A stretch of 64,000 nucleotides of DNA. It comes from Candidatus Latescibacterota bacterium (GTDB lineage Bacteria; Latescibacterota; UBA2968; SICM01). The notes beneath the pieces were generated by a model that was not told the DNA's origin, did no database searches, and saw only the letters and a list, made by a program, of their open reading frames with translations. The position numbers were made by a program, and so were the translations under genes. How positions within the stretch are numbered: the stretch's first letter is position 1; each line of letters opens with the position of its first letter. The stretch covers positions 4,448,001 through 4,512,000 of the forward strand of contig CBDCJO010000002.1 in NCBI GenBank assembly GCA_965217865.1. The letters run 5' to 3'. This document shows, piece by piece, positions 29,432 through 39,642 of this stretch.

Positions 29432-30571
29432 TTACGGCTGGTCGATATCGAAAGTGAGGCTATTCCCGTTCACCTCCCGGCTGTATGGGATGGCCAATCT
29501 CCCGTCCTGATAATACACGATCAGGATATCGCGGTTGTCGAGTGTTTCGTTGAGGGCCGCCCGAACCCCTCCCATCTCCGTGAACGGATAAGCCCTGGGG
29601 GTGCCGAGTTCTCCCCGGATGCCCAGGACCCTCTCTTTGGGGTGATGAAGTTCTGTAAGTGCGTTCTCAACGATGTCCTGGGCGAGGGGATAGAAGATGC
29701 TCTGGTTCGCCCGGTAGGTGCCGTAGGGATATTCCGAGTAGTTCCGGGAAATTCCCGTCCGGCGGCTGACGACCTTGGTCTCCGGGTAGAGCTGCTGCCA
29801 GAGGCCCCAGGTGGTCTCGATCACGGGCAAAAGCTTCAACTCCTGCCCGACGTCGCCGTTGATGGACTGATAGAGCATCTGGGGATAATGGGTCACGCCG
29901 TCCCGGCGGTCGAACATTATCAGGTTCGAATTGAAGAGCAAGCCAGACACCCCCAATGTGATTCTGTTTCCTCCTGCACCGGAGACCCCGTCGAAGACCA
30001 TGCCCGTTCCGGTCAATGGACAGAAGGTCACGCAGATCGGTTTTCCACCCACCACGTCATTGACGATCTCGTGCCACCAGCCGATGGCGTGAGGGTAGGC
30101 GCGGGCCTCTCCATTGACGACCACGCCGAAGACCGCCTCTGTATCCGCCCATTGGGCCTCAGACGCGGCGTCCATCCTCGGGTCCGTGAGTGCGGGGATT
30201 CCGTCTCGGGGCACTCCCCCCGAGTAGATATCGTTCAACGGGAACGGGATTTGGTTCAGGAAATCCCTACCATCCCCAATCCCCTCAGATCCGTGAACCC
30301 CGGTGTTCCCCCAGAAAGCGAGCCACGCGAACCACATGGCGTTGTGCGCGGGGAGCTGCCTCAGGGTTTGGCCCTTCAAGGGGCCGCTCAGGGCCTCCCC
30401 CTTGATGTTCCAGATGGAGCTGGTTTCCCGGTCTTTCAGGTTGAACAGTTGAAAGGACCCCGGGGCACCGGATCCCTCCGAAAGCGGTGCGGTAGGCGAC
30501 TCCTCTCCTTTTGAGCAAGCGAAAGCTGCGAAGGCGAGCAGGAGCGCCGGGAAGGTCAGGCACGTTCTCAT
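29432..30571 (-). CDS. DUF3179 lipoprotein (circularly permuted), paralog
   Basis: Lipobox AFAC; same motifs and order as 28160-29404. Confidence 0.85.
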   Translation of the reverse strand: MRTCLTFPALLLAFAAFACSKGEESPTAPLSEGSGAPGSFQLFNLKDRETSSIWNIKGEALSGPLKGQTLRQLPAHNAMWFAWLAFWGNTGVHGSEGIGDGRDFLNQIPFPLNDIYSGGVPRDGIPALTDPRMDAASEAQWADTEAVFGVVVNGEARAYPHAIGWWHEIVNDVVGGKPICVTFCPLTGTGMVFDGVSGAGGNRITLGVSGLLFNSNLIMFDRRDGVTHYPQMLYQSINGDVGQELKLLPVIETTWGLWQQLYPETKVVSRRTGISRNYSEYPYGTYRANQSIFYPLAQDIVENALTELHHPKERVLGIRGELGTPRAYPFTEMGGVRAALNETLDNRDILIVYYQDGRLAIPYSREVNGNSLTFDIDQP

Positions 30572-30600
30572 CTGCCCTTTTCTCCTGTGTAGAAAGAAAC

Positions 30601-31545
30601 TCAGAATAGCTTCCCGGCATAAGACAAGCCCACCACGAACATCTTACCGGCGGGGAAGTTCCGCCCGTTGAGTGTGATTCGAACCCCTGTCTCAAGGTTG
30701 AGATTGGCGAAGGGACCGAACATCACCGAGGGGGAGAGGTAGGTGATTCGACGAACATCGGAGGGAATCCGGAGGCCGATATTCGTGCTCGATCCCCCAC
30801 GGATGCCCTCGAGTTTGAGGATCGTCATGATCTTCGGATGGACGTTGACTCCTGCTTCCGCGTTGAATGTCCACTCGTCTCCGGGGTCGCGGTCGACCTC
30901 CGAGTTCTTAAAACGAACGCGGTATCCCACATCCAGGTTGGCATAGGCCGGGATGGGCCAGAGGGATCTCCCGATCTGCCCGATGATGTCGATGTCCCAT
31001 TGCCCTTCGGCCACTGTGATGAGTCCGTCCCTGTTTCGGAATTTTCCAGTCGGCGCTTTTGTCGCGGCCTTCAAACTGAAAACCACGGGATTGGACGTAA
31101 TCCGGACCTTCATCGTGGCTCGCATGTCGCTTAGGGTTCTCTGGCCGCGGTCCTCGAGGAAGAATGGATCCTGTGCATCGCTGAAGTTCTGGTCGAAGTA
31201 GGGAAGCTGGGCCCCGATTTCGATCCAGTCCGTCAGTCCGTACCGCAGATCAAGGAAGACGCCCACAGATGAGTATCGACCATCGAACCGATATGGCGCC
31301 CGGTCGCCGGGTTGGAAGAATCTGGCGGGGTCGTCACCCCGTCCCCCGCCTCCGGTGGCTGTATATTCCTCATCAGCGGCCTGGCGCATGACCGTAATCT
31401 TCGTCCAGAAATGGCCTTTGGGAAGGGACCAGGCTCCTCCGTGGGCCTGTCCCAACGGGATGACTATTCCCAGGACCGGGAGGAGGAGGGATCGACATTT
31501 CCGAATGTAAAAGGGATGCAGCAAACCCCGAACCTCTGGTTTCAA
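30601..31545 (-). CDS. Putative outer-membrane beta-barrel protein
   Basis: Signal peptide then AWSLPKG; YGLTDWIEIGAQLPY, KAPTG, amphipathic strands, C-terminal F. Confidence 0.7.
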   Translation of the reverse strand: MKPEVRGLLHPFYIRKCRSLLLPVLGIVIPLGQAHGGAWSLPKGHFWTKITVMRQAADEEYTATGGGGRGDDPARFFQPGDRAPYRFDGRYSSVGVFLDLRYGLTDWIEIGAQLPYFDQNFSDAQDPFFLEDRGQRTLSDMRATMKVRITSNPVVFSLKAATKAPTGKFRNRDGLITVAEGQWDIDIIGQIGRSLWPIPAYANLDVGYRVRFKNSEVDRDPGDEWTFNAEAGVNVHPKIMTILKLEGIRGGSSTNIGLRIPSDVRRITYLSPSVMFGPFANLNLETGVRITLNGRNFPAGKMFVVGLSYAGKLF

Positions 31546-32090
31546 AGACGCTTAAGGGGTCTGAGTGCCTCGACCACCTGCTCTTCGGTCAACGCCATGG
31601 TATGGCCCTGCCAGACTATTTTTCCGGTCGTGTCGATCAGGAAGGCGGCAGGGATACTTCGGATTCCATAGGTCTTCATCGTCTTGTCGCGGTCATCGAT
31701 TCCGATCGGGAAGGTCATCCGGTTCTCTGCCACAAATTCTCTGACCGCGCTTTCGTCCTCGTTGGTAATGCTTATAATGACCAGTCCTTGTTTGGCGTAG
31801 CGGTCGTGCAGCTTCTGAAGATGGGGGATTGAAGCCCGGCAGGGGGGGCACCATGTCGCCCAGAACTCCAGGAGAACCACTTTCCCTTTCGCACTATCGA
31901 GCGAGAGTTTCTCTTTACTGTTCAGTGAAGAAGCGAGGGATATTTCAGGCGCGGTTTTCCGGACAGTAACCTCCTTTTCCCCCCACGCGCGGAGGTCGAG
32001 AAGCCCAAGAACCGCTCCGGCCAACACGACCCCGAGAATGATCTTTCGCGTGCGAGATCGTCTCCGATCAGTACCCGTTTCGTTGTCCAT
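31542..32090 (-). CDS. TlpA-family thiol:disulfide oxidoreductase
   Basis: Membrane anchor; GKVVLLEFWATWCPPCRASIP, YGIRSIP; AAGGAG RBS. Confidence 0.92.
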   Translation of the reverse strand: MDNETGTDRRRSRTRKIILGVVLAGAVLGLLDLRAWGEKEVTVRKTAPEISLASSLNSKEKLSLDSAKGKVVLLEFWATWCPPCRASIPHLQKLHDRYAKQGLVIISITNEDESAVREFVAENRMTFPIGIDDRDKTMKTYGIRSIPAAFLIDTTGKIVWQGHTMALTEEQVVEALRPLKRL

Positions 32091-32161
32091 AATTCTCCTT
32101 CGTCTCCCTGAACATAATCGCCCCTGCGATCCAGGTTGGGGAGATGGGTTCCTTTGGTATA

Positions 32162-32191
32162 TAGGACACCATCCTGGGAAGGAAAGTTCCC
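32162..32191 (-). promoter_or_regulatory. Candidate ECF sigma promoter upstream of tlpA
   Basis: GGGAAC-N18-GTCCTA, same architecture as the site upstream of the sigma gene. Confidence 0.6.
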
Positions 32192-32227
32192 GAAAGCGTC
32201 CCGGTGGTGGGCGAAACCATCGATTCT

Positions 32228-34537
32228 TTACTGTTCCAGCAGTTGTGCGACAACGGTTCGTTCGGTGGTGGGCAATTTGCACGTGTAGTCCACGCAGATG
32301 TAGGCTGTGGATTTTCCGCCGACCATTCGCATGGTTTTGATAAACGGGAGGTAGGCCCCAAGGGTCTTTTGTGCGTCTCCCCCGTCCGCAAGCAGGATGA
32401 TCCTATTCGGAATGAACCGGAGATGGATTTCTTTCAACAGGTCCCAGGTGTGGGGGCTGTCCGGCGGGCCGGCGATGATGATCTGTTTTGGCTTTGAGAG
32501 GCTGAAATCGAGTGCGACCAGGAACTGGACCAGGCTCTCGGGTGTGTTGAGGATCCGCTCGCCGAAGAAGGCCAGGGACTTATCCGCCATCGACCTGTAA
32601 TTCTGAGAGTCGATCATGTGAGACAGACGAAGGAGGTTGAGGATGGCGATCGAATTGCCGGAGGGCGCAGCACCGTCATACGATTCTTTGGTGCGGACAA
32701 GGATGGACGGGTCGCTCCCCGAGATATCGTAGAACCCCGAGTTTACGGTGTCATAGAATAATTCGATCTGTTGCTCTTCGAGTGCGATGGCGGTTTTCAG
32801 CCAATCGATGTCGAGGGAGGCCTCGTACAGGTCCAGCAAGGCCTGGATAAGAAAGGCATGGTCTTCAAGATGCGCTTCGTAACGGGCATCCCCGGCTCGA
32901 AAACGGCGCAGGAGAATTTTCTTTTCGGGATTGTACATCCTGTCCAGAATGAATCGGCCCACCCTTTCTGCGGCGACCAGGTACTCCCGGTCGCCGAGGA
33001 CCTGGTAGGCGCGTGCGAAACCGGAAATCATCAACCCGTTCCAAGAGACCAAAATTTTGTCGTCGAGATGGGGACTCGGCCGCTCTTCCCTTGCCAGAAA
33101 GAGTTTCCTTCTGGATCTCAACAGGGTCTCCTTCAATTCTACGACGGAGACCCCCAAATGTTTTGCGGTTTCTTCGACCGGTTTTGACACAACCAGGATG
33201 TTCTCATTGATAAACTCGTTTTGAGGATCGGATTCTACGTTTCCGTTCTCTTTGACACCGTAAAAGGCGTTGAACACCTCCGCCTCCCCCCGGGTTAAGA
33301 TCCGATCGATTTGGTCCTTTTCCCAGGTATAGAACGCACCCTCTTCCTTATCATCCGGCCTGGACACGTCGATGGCACTCTCCGAGTCTTCGGCAGAGTA
33401 GAATCCTCCGTCAGCGTGCGTCATCTTCCGTTTTACGTAGTCCAGGATGTCCCGAGCGACATCCGCATAAAACGCATCGCGGGTAATTTGGTAGGCTTCG
33501 AGATATGAAACGACCAGGAGGGCTTGATCGTAGAGCATTTTTTCAAAATGAGGAACGTGCCACCGATCATCGGTCGCGTACCGGTGGAAACCGCCCCCGA
33601 TGTGGTCGTAGATGCCGCCGTTTGCCATCGCACGGAGTGACTTCAGGGACATTTCGAGCGCTTCGGATTCGCCCGTCCTTCGATGATATCGAAGCAGGAA
33701 GTTAAAAGAGGCCGGTCGGGGGAATTTAGGGGCTTTCCCGAAGCCGCCGTGTTCTTCATCGAATTTTTTGGAGAAGGCCTCGAATCCGAGGTCGAGAGCA
33801 GCAGCCCCGGCGTGTTTCGCCCTCACGTCCGGTTGGGACATCCCCTCCAGGAAATCCATGATCTGTTGGCCCGTTTTGGCGATCTTCTCGGGTTCCTTTG
33901 TCCAGACTTCGTGGACCTGATTGAGTAAATCCGGAAATCCAGGACGCCCGTGCGCACGGGTCGGGGGGAAGTAGGTGCCACCGAAAAACGGCTTCAGATC
34001 CGGTGTCAGAAACATCGATAGGGGCCATCCGCCGTGTCCGGTCATACCCTGGAGGGCGATCATATAAACGCGGTCCACGTCCGGACGTTCCTCGCGGTCG
34101 ACTTTGATGCTCACGACGATGCTGTTCATCAATTCTGCGATGGCCGGGTTTTCGAAGACCTCCCTCTCCATCACGTGGCACCAGTAACACGTGGAATAGC
34201 CGATGGACAGGAAGATGGGCTTATTTTCCCGCTTCGCTTTTTCAAAGGCCTCGGGGCCCCAGGGGTACCAATCGACGGGATTGAAGGCGTGCTGGAGGAG
34301 ATAGGGACTCTTTTCCCGGATCAGTCTATTCGGCTTTTCCCCTTCCGCGAGTTTCCGTCTGACCACCTCTTCGACCGTTCCTTCAGGTTGATCCTTCGAT
34401 TCCGGGGTGTCGATATTCCGAAGCGTTTGGGATGAGACGGAATCCTCAGCGGGTGTGACGATCAATCGACCCACCATAACGAAGGCCACGGCGAAAAGGG
34501 CGGGCCTCTTGATTGCGGTATAAAGGGTTGGAGGCAT
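32228..34537 (-). CDS. YyaL/SSP411-like thioredoxin-domain protein (DUF255 + alpha/alpha barrel)
   Basis: [57 protein letters not shown]. Confidence 0.93.
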   Translation of the reverse strand: MPPTLYTAIKRPALFAVAFVMVGRLIVTPAEDSVSSQTLRNIDTPESKDQPEGTVEEVVRRKLAEGEKPNRLIREKSPYLLQHAFNPVDWYPWGPEAFEKAKRENKPIFLSIGYSTCYWCHVMEREVFENPAIAELMNSIVVSIKVDREERPDVDRVYMIALQGMTGHGGWPLSMFLTPDLKPFFGGTYFPPTRAHGRPGFPDLLNQVHEVWTKEPEKIAKTGQQIMDFLEGMSQPDVRAKHAGAAALDLGFEAFSKKFDEEHGGFGKAPKFPRPASFNFLLRYHRRTGESEALEMSLKSLRAMANGGIYDHIGGGFHRYATDDRWHVPHFEKMLYDQALLVVSYLEAYQITRDAFYADVARDILDYVKRKMTHADGGFYSAEDSESAIDVSRPDDKEEGAFYTWEKDQIDRILTRGEAEVFNAFYGVKENGNVESDPQNEFINENILVVSKPVEETAKHLGVSVVELKETLLRSRRKLFLAREERPSPHLDDKILVSWNGLMISGFARAYQVLGDREYLVAAERVGRFILDRMYNPEKKILLRRFRAGDARYEAHLEDHAFLIQALLDLYEASLDIDWLKTAIALEEQQIELFYDTVNSGFYDISGSDPSILVRTKESYDGAAPSGNSIAILNLLRLSHMIDSQNYRSMADKSLAFFGERILNTPESLVQFLVALDFSLSKPKQIIIAGPPDSPHTWDLLKEIHLRFIPNRIILLADGGDAQKTLGAYLPFIKTMRMVGGKSTAYICVDYTCKLPTTERTVVAQLLEQ

Positions 34538-34566
34538 TGGGCACTTTCAGGTCGTTGAGAGAGGCC

Positions 34567-36779
34567 TCACTCGACCTCTCTTAACGCTTCGAGGGACCAC
34601 CTTCGATCCATGAGTTGATAAGGGCTTTGCGTTGTGTTTTTCCAGGCGCTGTCGATCATCGATTGAGCGGGCTCGCTGAGTCCGCCTTTTCGATACGTCT
34701 CGAAGAAACCTCTGTAGAAATCATCGGGGTGTACTTCAAGGCCAACTTCAAGATAAGCAGATTCGTCGTGACCCGGGGCGATGTAGTCGAAAACCCATTG
34801 CCCTCCGGCCGGGATTCTGGTGTCGAACAGCTCGCGATTTTCTCCGACGGTAAGGATGACCCGGTGCTGGATCACCCGGACCTGCTCGGTGCCTGGAAGG
34901 GCATTCAGTCCCCGGTCAAGAAGCCGGGCGGTCACGAAGATGGCGGGGGTGACGTATGTGGGGAGGTGGTGCCCTGCCCCGACGTTCTCGATCTCCACGG
35001 TCACGCGAACCGAGTCCGGGTCGCCCCCGGACGTGGATGTCGCCTTTAAAAGCAATGCCTTGCGCGTTATTTCCGGATCGTGAACGCCGAGCCAAAGGTG
35101 ACGACGCTCCGGCATGTGGCAGGTTTGGCAGGTCTCCCCCCGCCGGCCTTGAGGTGAAGCCATCCATTCATTATGCGTATTTTGGAGGAGCTTACCATTG
35201 ACACGCGTTCCGGACGGGGGGAATTGATGACACTTCCGGCAGAACTCAGACCGCTCAAAGGCCGTCCGGATCACTGCCCCGCCGTGTCCGGCCCCCCACA
35301 CCTGAGCGGACGTTTCGGCGCCCGGGGAGGGGCCGAAACGTCTGTGACCACGGACGTGACAGGTTGCACAGGATAACCCGGACGATTGGAGGTCCGCACA
35401 ATAATCGGGATTTGTTCGATAGCCCCATACCTCTGGGACCTTTAAATGTTGTTCCCAGAGCGGGGCGTGGCACCCCTGGCAAATCGATGCGGATCCGGGC
35501 TTTTCTTCCATCAACCCATTTTTCAGCTGGCCCATGACCCCCGGCCCCATGCTCCGGCTGTGCAGGGAAGCCCTCCAGTCCCGCCATTGGGAGACGTGAC
35601 AGGCCCCGCACGCATCGGGACCCAATTCCGAGGTCAATGAATCGAGGACCGCGGGCGCAGCCCTTTGTGGAGGTATAGGGGCTCCCCAGTGTTTCTGAAG
35701 AAAGCCCTCTACATCATCCCTCGCTGAGTATTCTCCGGTTTCCTCCGCCCTAAAGGACGTGAGGGCCAGGGACATGGCTTCAATCTGTCCTTTGCTCAGA
35801 TGGATTCGGGGGCTGTGCTGTCTTTCCGAACGGTGATGATTTATGAAGGATCCGGATGAATCCTTCGACACATATTCGACAGGGTTCTTGAAGGCCTGGA
35901 TGTGGTGGCAACGTGCACATCCCTGTTGCGCATATGCCGATAAACCCGCCCGGATGGATGCCTCAGAGGTAGGGGGGGGCCCTCAAGCGTCTTTTCTCCC
36001 ACCGGTCCGAGGAGATAAGCGGCCAGGTTCTCCACCTGATGTTCCGAAAATTCATACTCCGGCATCCTGGCGTTGGCCAGGACCGAACTCGGACTTGACA
36101 GGTAGGCGATCACCCAGGCCTTCCTGAGCTTGGTTCCCGCATCATCCAGCGATGGCCCGAGGGTTCCTCCCTCCCCACCAAGGAGATGACATTTGGGACA
36201 TCCCGCTTCGATGTAGAGGTCTCGACCTCTATCCGGGTGACCCGCTCCGGGTCCGGTCGCTAAGGTGTCCCGGGGCTTCAGGGAGGACAGGAACGCCGCG
36301 ATCTCTGTCTTTTCGGGGTAAGACAGGGGAACACGCGGCATCCGTGCGTTTGGAGAGATTGCTACGGGATTTTCAAGCCAGCGGAGGAGCCAATCTAAGG
36401 AGGTTTTTTCCCCGATCCTGTCGAGATCGGGTCCGCGGCGATTTGAGAAACCTTCGAAGGGCAGGTCGTGACAGGTCACACATCCAAAGTGGTTCAGGAG
36501 ATCTTGTCCGGCGGACAACGTGACATCTAAGATTTCAGAAGGTCCGGGAGAAGTCCGGGGAGGATCAATTATTATAGGATCGGGGTCCTGGAAGTCGGAC
36601 ATCCTCGGACCTTCAATCCGGACGCCCTGGATCAATGGATGGATATCCTCCGCCGCCGAGGATGTCCCCCATCCGATGCCCCCCGAAAGGGACAAAAAAA
36701 GAAGCAGGAATATTCGGCGGTGTGGTTCACCCGGGCGATTACACATAGGCGTTCTGCTAATATCGTCAACGGGTTTCAA
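34567..36779 (-). CDS. Multiheme c-type cytochrome (8 CxxCH), split by a frameshift in a G8 run
   Basis: CVTCH and CPKCH in 35841-36779; after the run at 35972-35979 the other frame reads SEASIRAGLSAYAQQGCARCH into ORF 34567-35871 (CGACH, CQGCH, CATCH, CRKCH, CQTCH; NVGAGHHLPT). Confidence 0.75.
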
Positions 36780-36959
36780 CTAAAAGTTGGGGGGGCGACG
36801 GATCCCCCGAATCGTTACGGAAAATTACCACCTTCCCCGTAAAAAAGCAAACTTCAGGCCGCTGAACAGATCCGGGCAGGCTTGCCGGGTTGGCCCCCCA
36901 GTTCGTAGTCCAGCGGCCTGGAATGAACTATCGCGAATGAAAAAAGGGAATTTGACCTC

Positions 36960-37766
36960 TCAACTGCTCAAAGCGGATGCAGCCAGGGTCTTCAGGTTGG
37001 ATTGAGACACGTCTGCCACCAGGGCGTGGAACAGGCCCCGCTCTTCCCAGACCACCACGTTGAATCCCTTGTAGGCGGTCAGGCGGACGTTGCGGCCCGA
37101 GATCCGGGCGTCCTGTCCGGGAGGCAGGGGGATCCCCATTTTATCGAGGACGAACATGCAGACCATCTGCTTTCCTTTGCCGCGATACATCAGATAGGCG
37201 ACCCTGCGGTCCATGAGATAGCAAAGACGGCCTCCAAGGAGCCGGAGATCGGCCGGATGAAACCGGGGAGGGGCCACGTTGATGTCGATGCGACTCTGGA
37301 ACCACTGGCTGAGATCCTCTCGGCTTGCGGTCCTGAAATCCAGGGCCCCTTCCTGCTTCAAGAGGCACTGAATATGTTCGTCAACGACCTCGGACACGAC
37401 GGACCTGGGCGGACTTGAAGCGTGGAAATATAACGATCCTCCAATCACGCAGAGGGCCAAAGAAGCGGCCAGCGATAGCAGGCCGACCATTCGACGGCGG
37501 CTGAGGGCGTCCCATCGCCTCTGCGTCTCTTCTGCGTTGACGGCCTTGGCAACGCGTTGGCGCAGATCCGGGGAGGCCGGTTCCAGGAGTCGATCCTTCC
37601 TGCTCCGAATCAGAGACCGAAGGGCTTTTCCAGCCTCATATCGCATCCGGCACTCCGGACAGACAGAGAGATGGCCTTCGATAATCCGTCGCTCTTTGTC
37701 CGACACCTCGTCGTCGATGTAAGCGCTGATGGCCTCCTCGACACGGGTGCAGGTCAGTTCAGGCAT
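36960..37766 (-). CDS. Zinc-binding membrane anti-sigma factor (zf-HC2)
   Basis: C...ISAYIDDE....IEGHLSVCPEC, one TM helix, periplasmic LLGGRLC domain; overlaps the sigma gene. Confidence 0.9.
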   Translation of the reverse strand: MPELTCTRVEEAISAYIDDEVSDKERRIIEGHLSVCPECRMRYEAGKALRSLIRSRKDRLLEPASPDLRQRVAKAVNAEETQRRWDALSRRRMVGLLSLAASLALCVIGGSLYFHASSPPRSVVSEVVDEHIQCLLKQEGALDFRTASREDLSQWFQSRIDINVAPPRFHPADLRLLGGRLCYLMDRRVAYLMYRGKGKQMVCMFVLDKMGIPLPPGQDARISGRNVRLTAYKGFNVVVWEERGLFHALVADVSQSNLKTLAASALSS

Positions 37767-38316
37767 AATCTCCTCCTTGGAGTTCTCCCCGGCTGCCCGC
37801 GGTTTTGTTGAGGTGGGTCCTCAGAAGATTCCGGCCGCGGTGTATGCGCGAACGAACGGTGCCGATCGGGCATCCAAGAATCTCTGAAATCTCTTCGTAG
37901 GAAAACTCTTCGACGTCCGACAAGAGGACGGCGATTCGAAAGTCTTCCGGGAGGGAATCAAGCGCTGCCTTCAAATCGTCGTCGATCAGGTTTTCAAGTG
38001 AAACATTTCCAGGCACCGGAGGGGTTGCGGAATCGTAATCCTGGAGGGGTAAGGTCTCCGGGGTCCGTTGAGTCTTGCGGTAGAGGTTGATGAAGGTATT
38101 GGTCAGGATTCGAAACAACCAGGCCCGGCAACGCTCCTCATCTTCCAGCTTGTCAATAAATTGATACGCTCGGAGACACGTCTCCTGTACCAGATCCTCT
38201 GCGTCCTGGCGATGCCTAGTCATCCTCAAGGCGGCGCTGTGAAGGGCGTCGAGGTGGGGCAGCACCAGGGTTTCAAACCGCCCCTGTCGATCGTGACGAG
38301 GACTGAATAGCCTCAA
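37759..38316 (-). CDS. ECF RNA polymerase sigma factor
   Basis: DAEDLVQET, AWLFRILTNTFIN, FSYEEISEILGCPIGTVRSRIHRGR; TTG start at 38316 after AGGAGA. Confidence 0.92.
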   Translation of the reverse strand: MRLFSPRHDRQGRFETLVLPHLDALHSAALRMTRHRQDAEDLVQETCLRAYQFIDKLEDEERCRAWLFRILTNTFINLYRKTQRTPETLPLQDYDSATPPVPGNVSLENLIDDDLKAALDSLPEDFRIAVLLSDVEEFSYEEISEILGCPIGTVRSRIHRGRNLLRTHLNKTAGSRGELQGGDYA

Positions 38317-38355
38317 TCCCGTTCTCCTGTGATGGAAATGGTGAGGTCGTTTGGG

Positions 38356-38385
38356 TATGACATAAAAAGCCTTGTAGGAGTTCCC
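38356..38385 (-). promoter_or_regulatory. Candidate autoregulatory ECF promoter
   Basis: GGGAAC-N18-GTCATA about 40 nt upstream of the TTG start. Confidence 0.6.
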
Positions 38386-38765
38386 ACCAGCATAAATTAA
38401 TCCCAAATCGGAATCGAGGAATTGATCCCTCGGGCGATCGCGATCTCGACTTGAAAGCCCTCTGAGAAACTTTCATAAATTTAACAGGAACAGATAGTTG
38501 TAAATAATTCTAAGTTGAGATGTATCTCAACGTTCCGGATCGATCCCATCTCGATGGAACACGCCAAAAATTTCTTGACTTTTGATCCTCGCGCGTACAC
38601 CTTTGTCACCGGATCGGTCCCGGGGATTCCGGCCATTCGGGCAGGCGCGGTGTGTAGGCCGCGCCTTCGCCTTTGGTGGGGCCTTGGAGCGGTTGAGGGG
38701 GTTAGGGCTCTTGGGTTACCCCTCTCCCGGAATTTCGTTTTCAACGTGGATCAAGAAGGAACCGT

Positions 38766-39590
38766 ATGCGGGATGTGGTGACTCAATCCGGACGAAAGGC
38801 AAGCCGCATCGGGCTGGCCGCGAGCCCGGACATGGATAACCGATGTGTTGAGATCGGGTTTGCATCGGACACCAACTACTTTTTTTTCTACAATTCCACC
38901 TTCTCTAACTTTATGGACGGCCTCCGCCCGCTCCTCAAACGGAACCGGGAGGATGTGATCGTGGGGTGCGGGAGCGAGGCGCGGGATCAGAAGTCCCTCC
39001 GCCGGGATCTGGACAGGATTCGTAAACGACTCGATGTCGATATCCTGGACATCTTCCATGTTGACTACGTCTCCCCGGGAGACGATGAAGAGACGTTGTT
39101 CGGGGCGACGGGTGTAATTTCGGAGATCGAGCGATGGCGCGACTCGGGGTTGGTCCGGTATGTGGCCGCCTCTGTTCACAGCCGGTCGTTTGCCGTGGCA
39201 CTCGTCCAGAGCGGTCGTGTGGAACTCCTGATGACCCGGTATAATATGGCACATCGAGGAGCCGAGGAGAAGGTACTTCCTGCCGCAGAGGAGGCTGGAA
39301 TCCCGGTCACTGCCTTTACCTGTACCCGATGGGGGACCCTTCTCGAAGGCCATCCCGGGTGGGGCGTCGACCTGCCCGTTCCGAAGGCCGCAGACTGTTA
39401 CCGTTTTGTGCTTCAACACCCTGCGGTACGTATCGCCCTTACGAACCCCGGGACTCCGAAGAGGCTATACGAGAACCTATCGGTTCTGCGCGAGGGTGAT
39501 ATTTGCCCGGAACAATTCAGGTTGTGGGAGGAGTACGGCCGGCTTGTGTACGGGGATGGAAAGCATTCGTTCGAGACCCGGTGGCCGTAA
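38766..39590 (+). CDS. Aldo/keto reductase family protein
   Basis: RLDVDILDIF, GLVRYVAASVH, RYNMAHRGAEEKVLPAA, CYRFVLQHP. Confidence 0.8.
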   Translation: MRDVVTQSGRKASRIGLAASPDMDNRCVEIGFASDTNYFFFYNSTFSNFMDGLRPLLKRNREDVIVGCGSEARDQKSLRRDLDRIRKRLDVDILDIFHVDYVSPGDDEETLFGATGVISEIERWRDSGLVRYVAASVHSRSFAVALVQSGRVELLMTRYNMAHRGAEEKVLPAAEEAGIPVTAFTCTRWGTLLEGHPGWGVDLPVPKAADCYRFVLQHPAVRIALTNPGTPKRLYENLSVLREGDICPEQFRLWEEYGRLVYGDGKHSFETRWP

Positions 39591-39642
39591 AAAATGGGTA
39601 CCGTGACGAATGATAAGGATGCATCTATAAGGAGCTGAGGCA

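Noticed and set aside
29426-30514. Long antisense or alternate-frame ORFs (also 5958-6959, 15465-16436, 39910-40698, 40652-41503, 61155-61874)
   Set aside because: Shadow ORFs of GC-rich genes, with no motifs or RBS.
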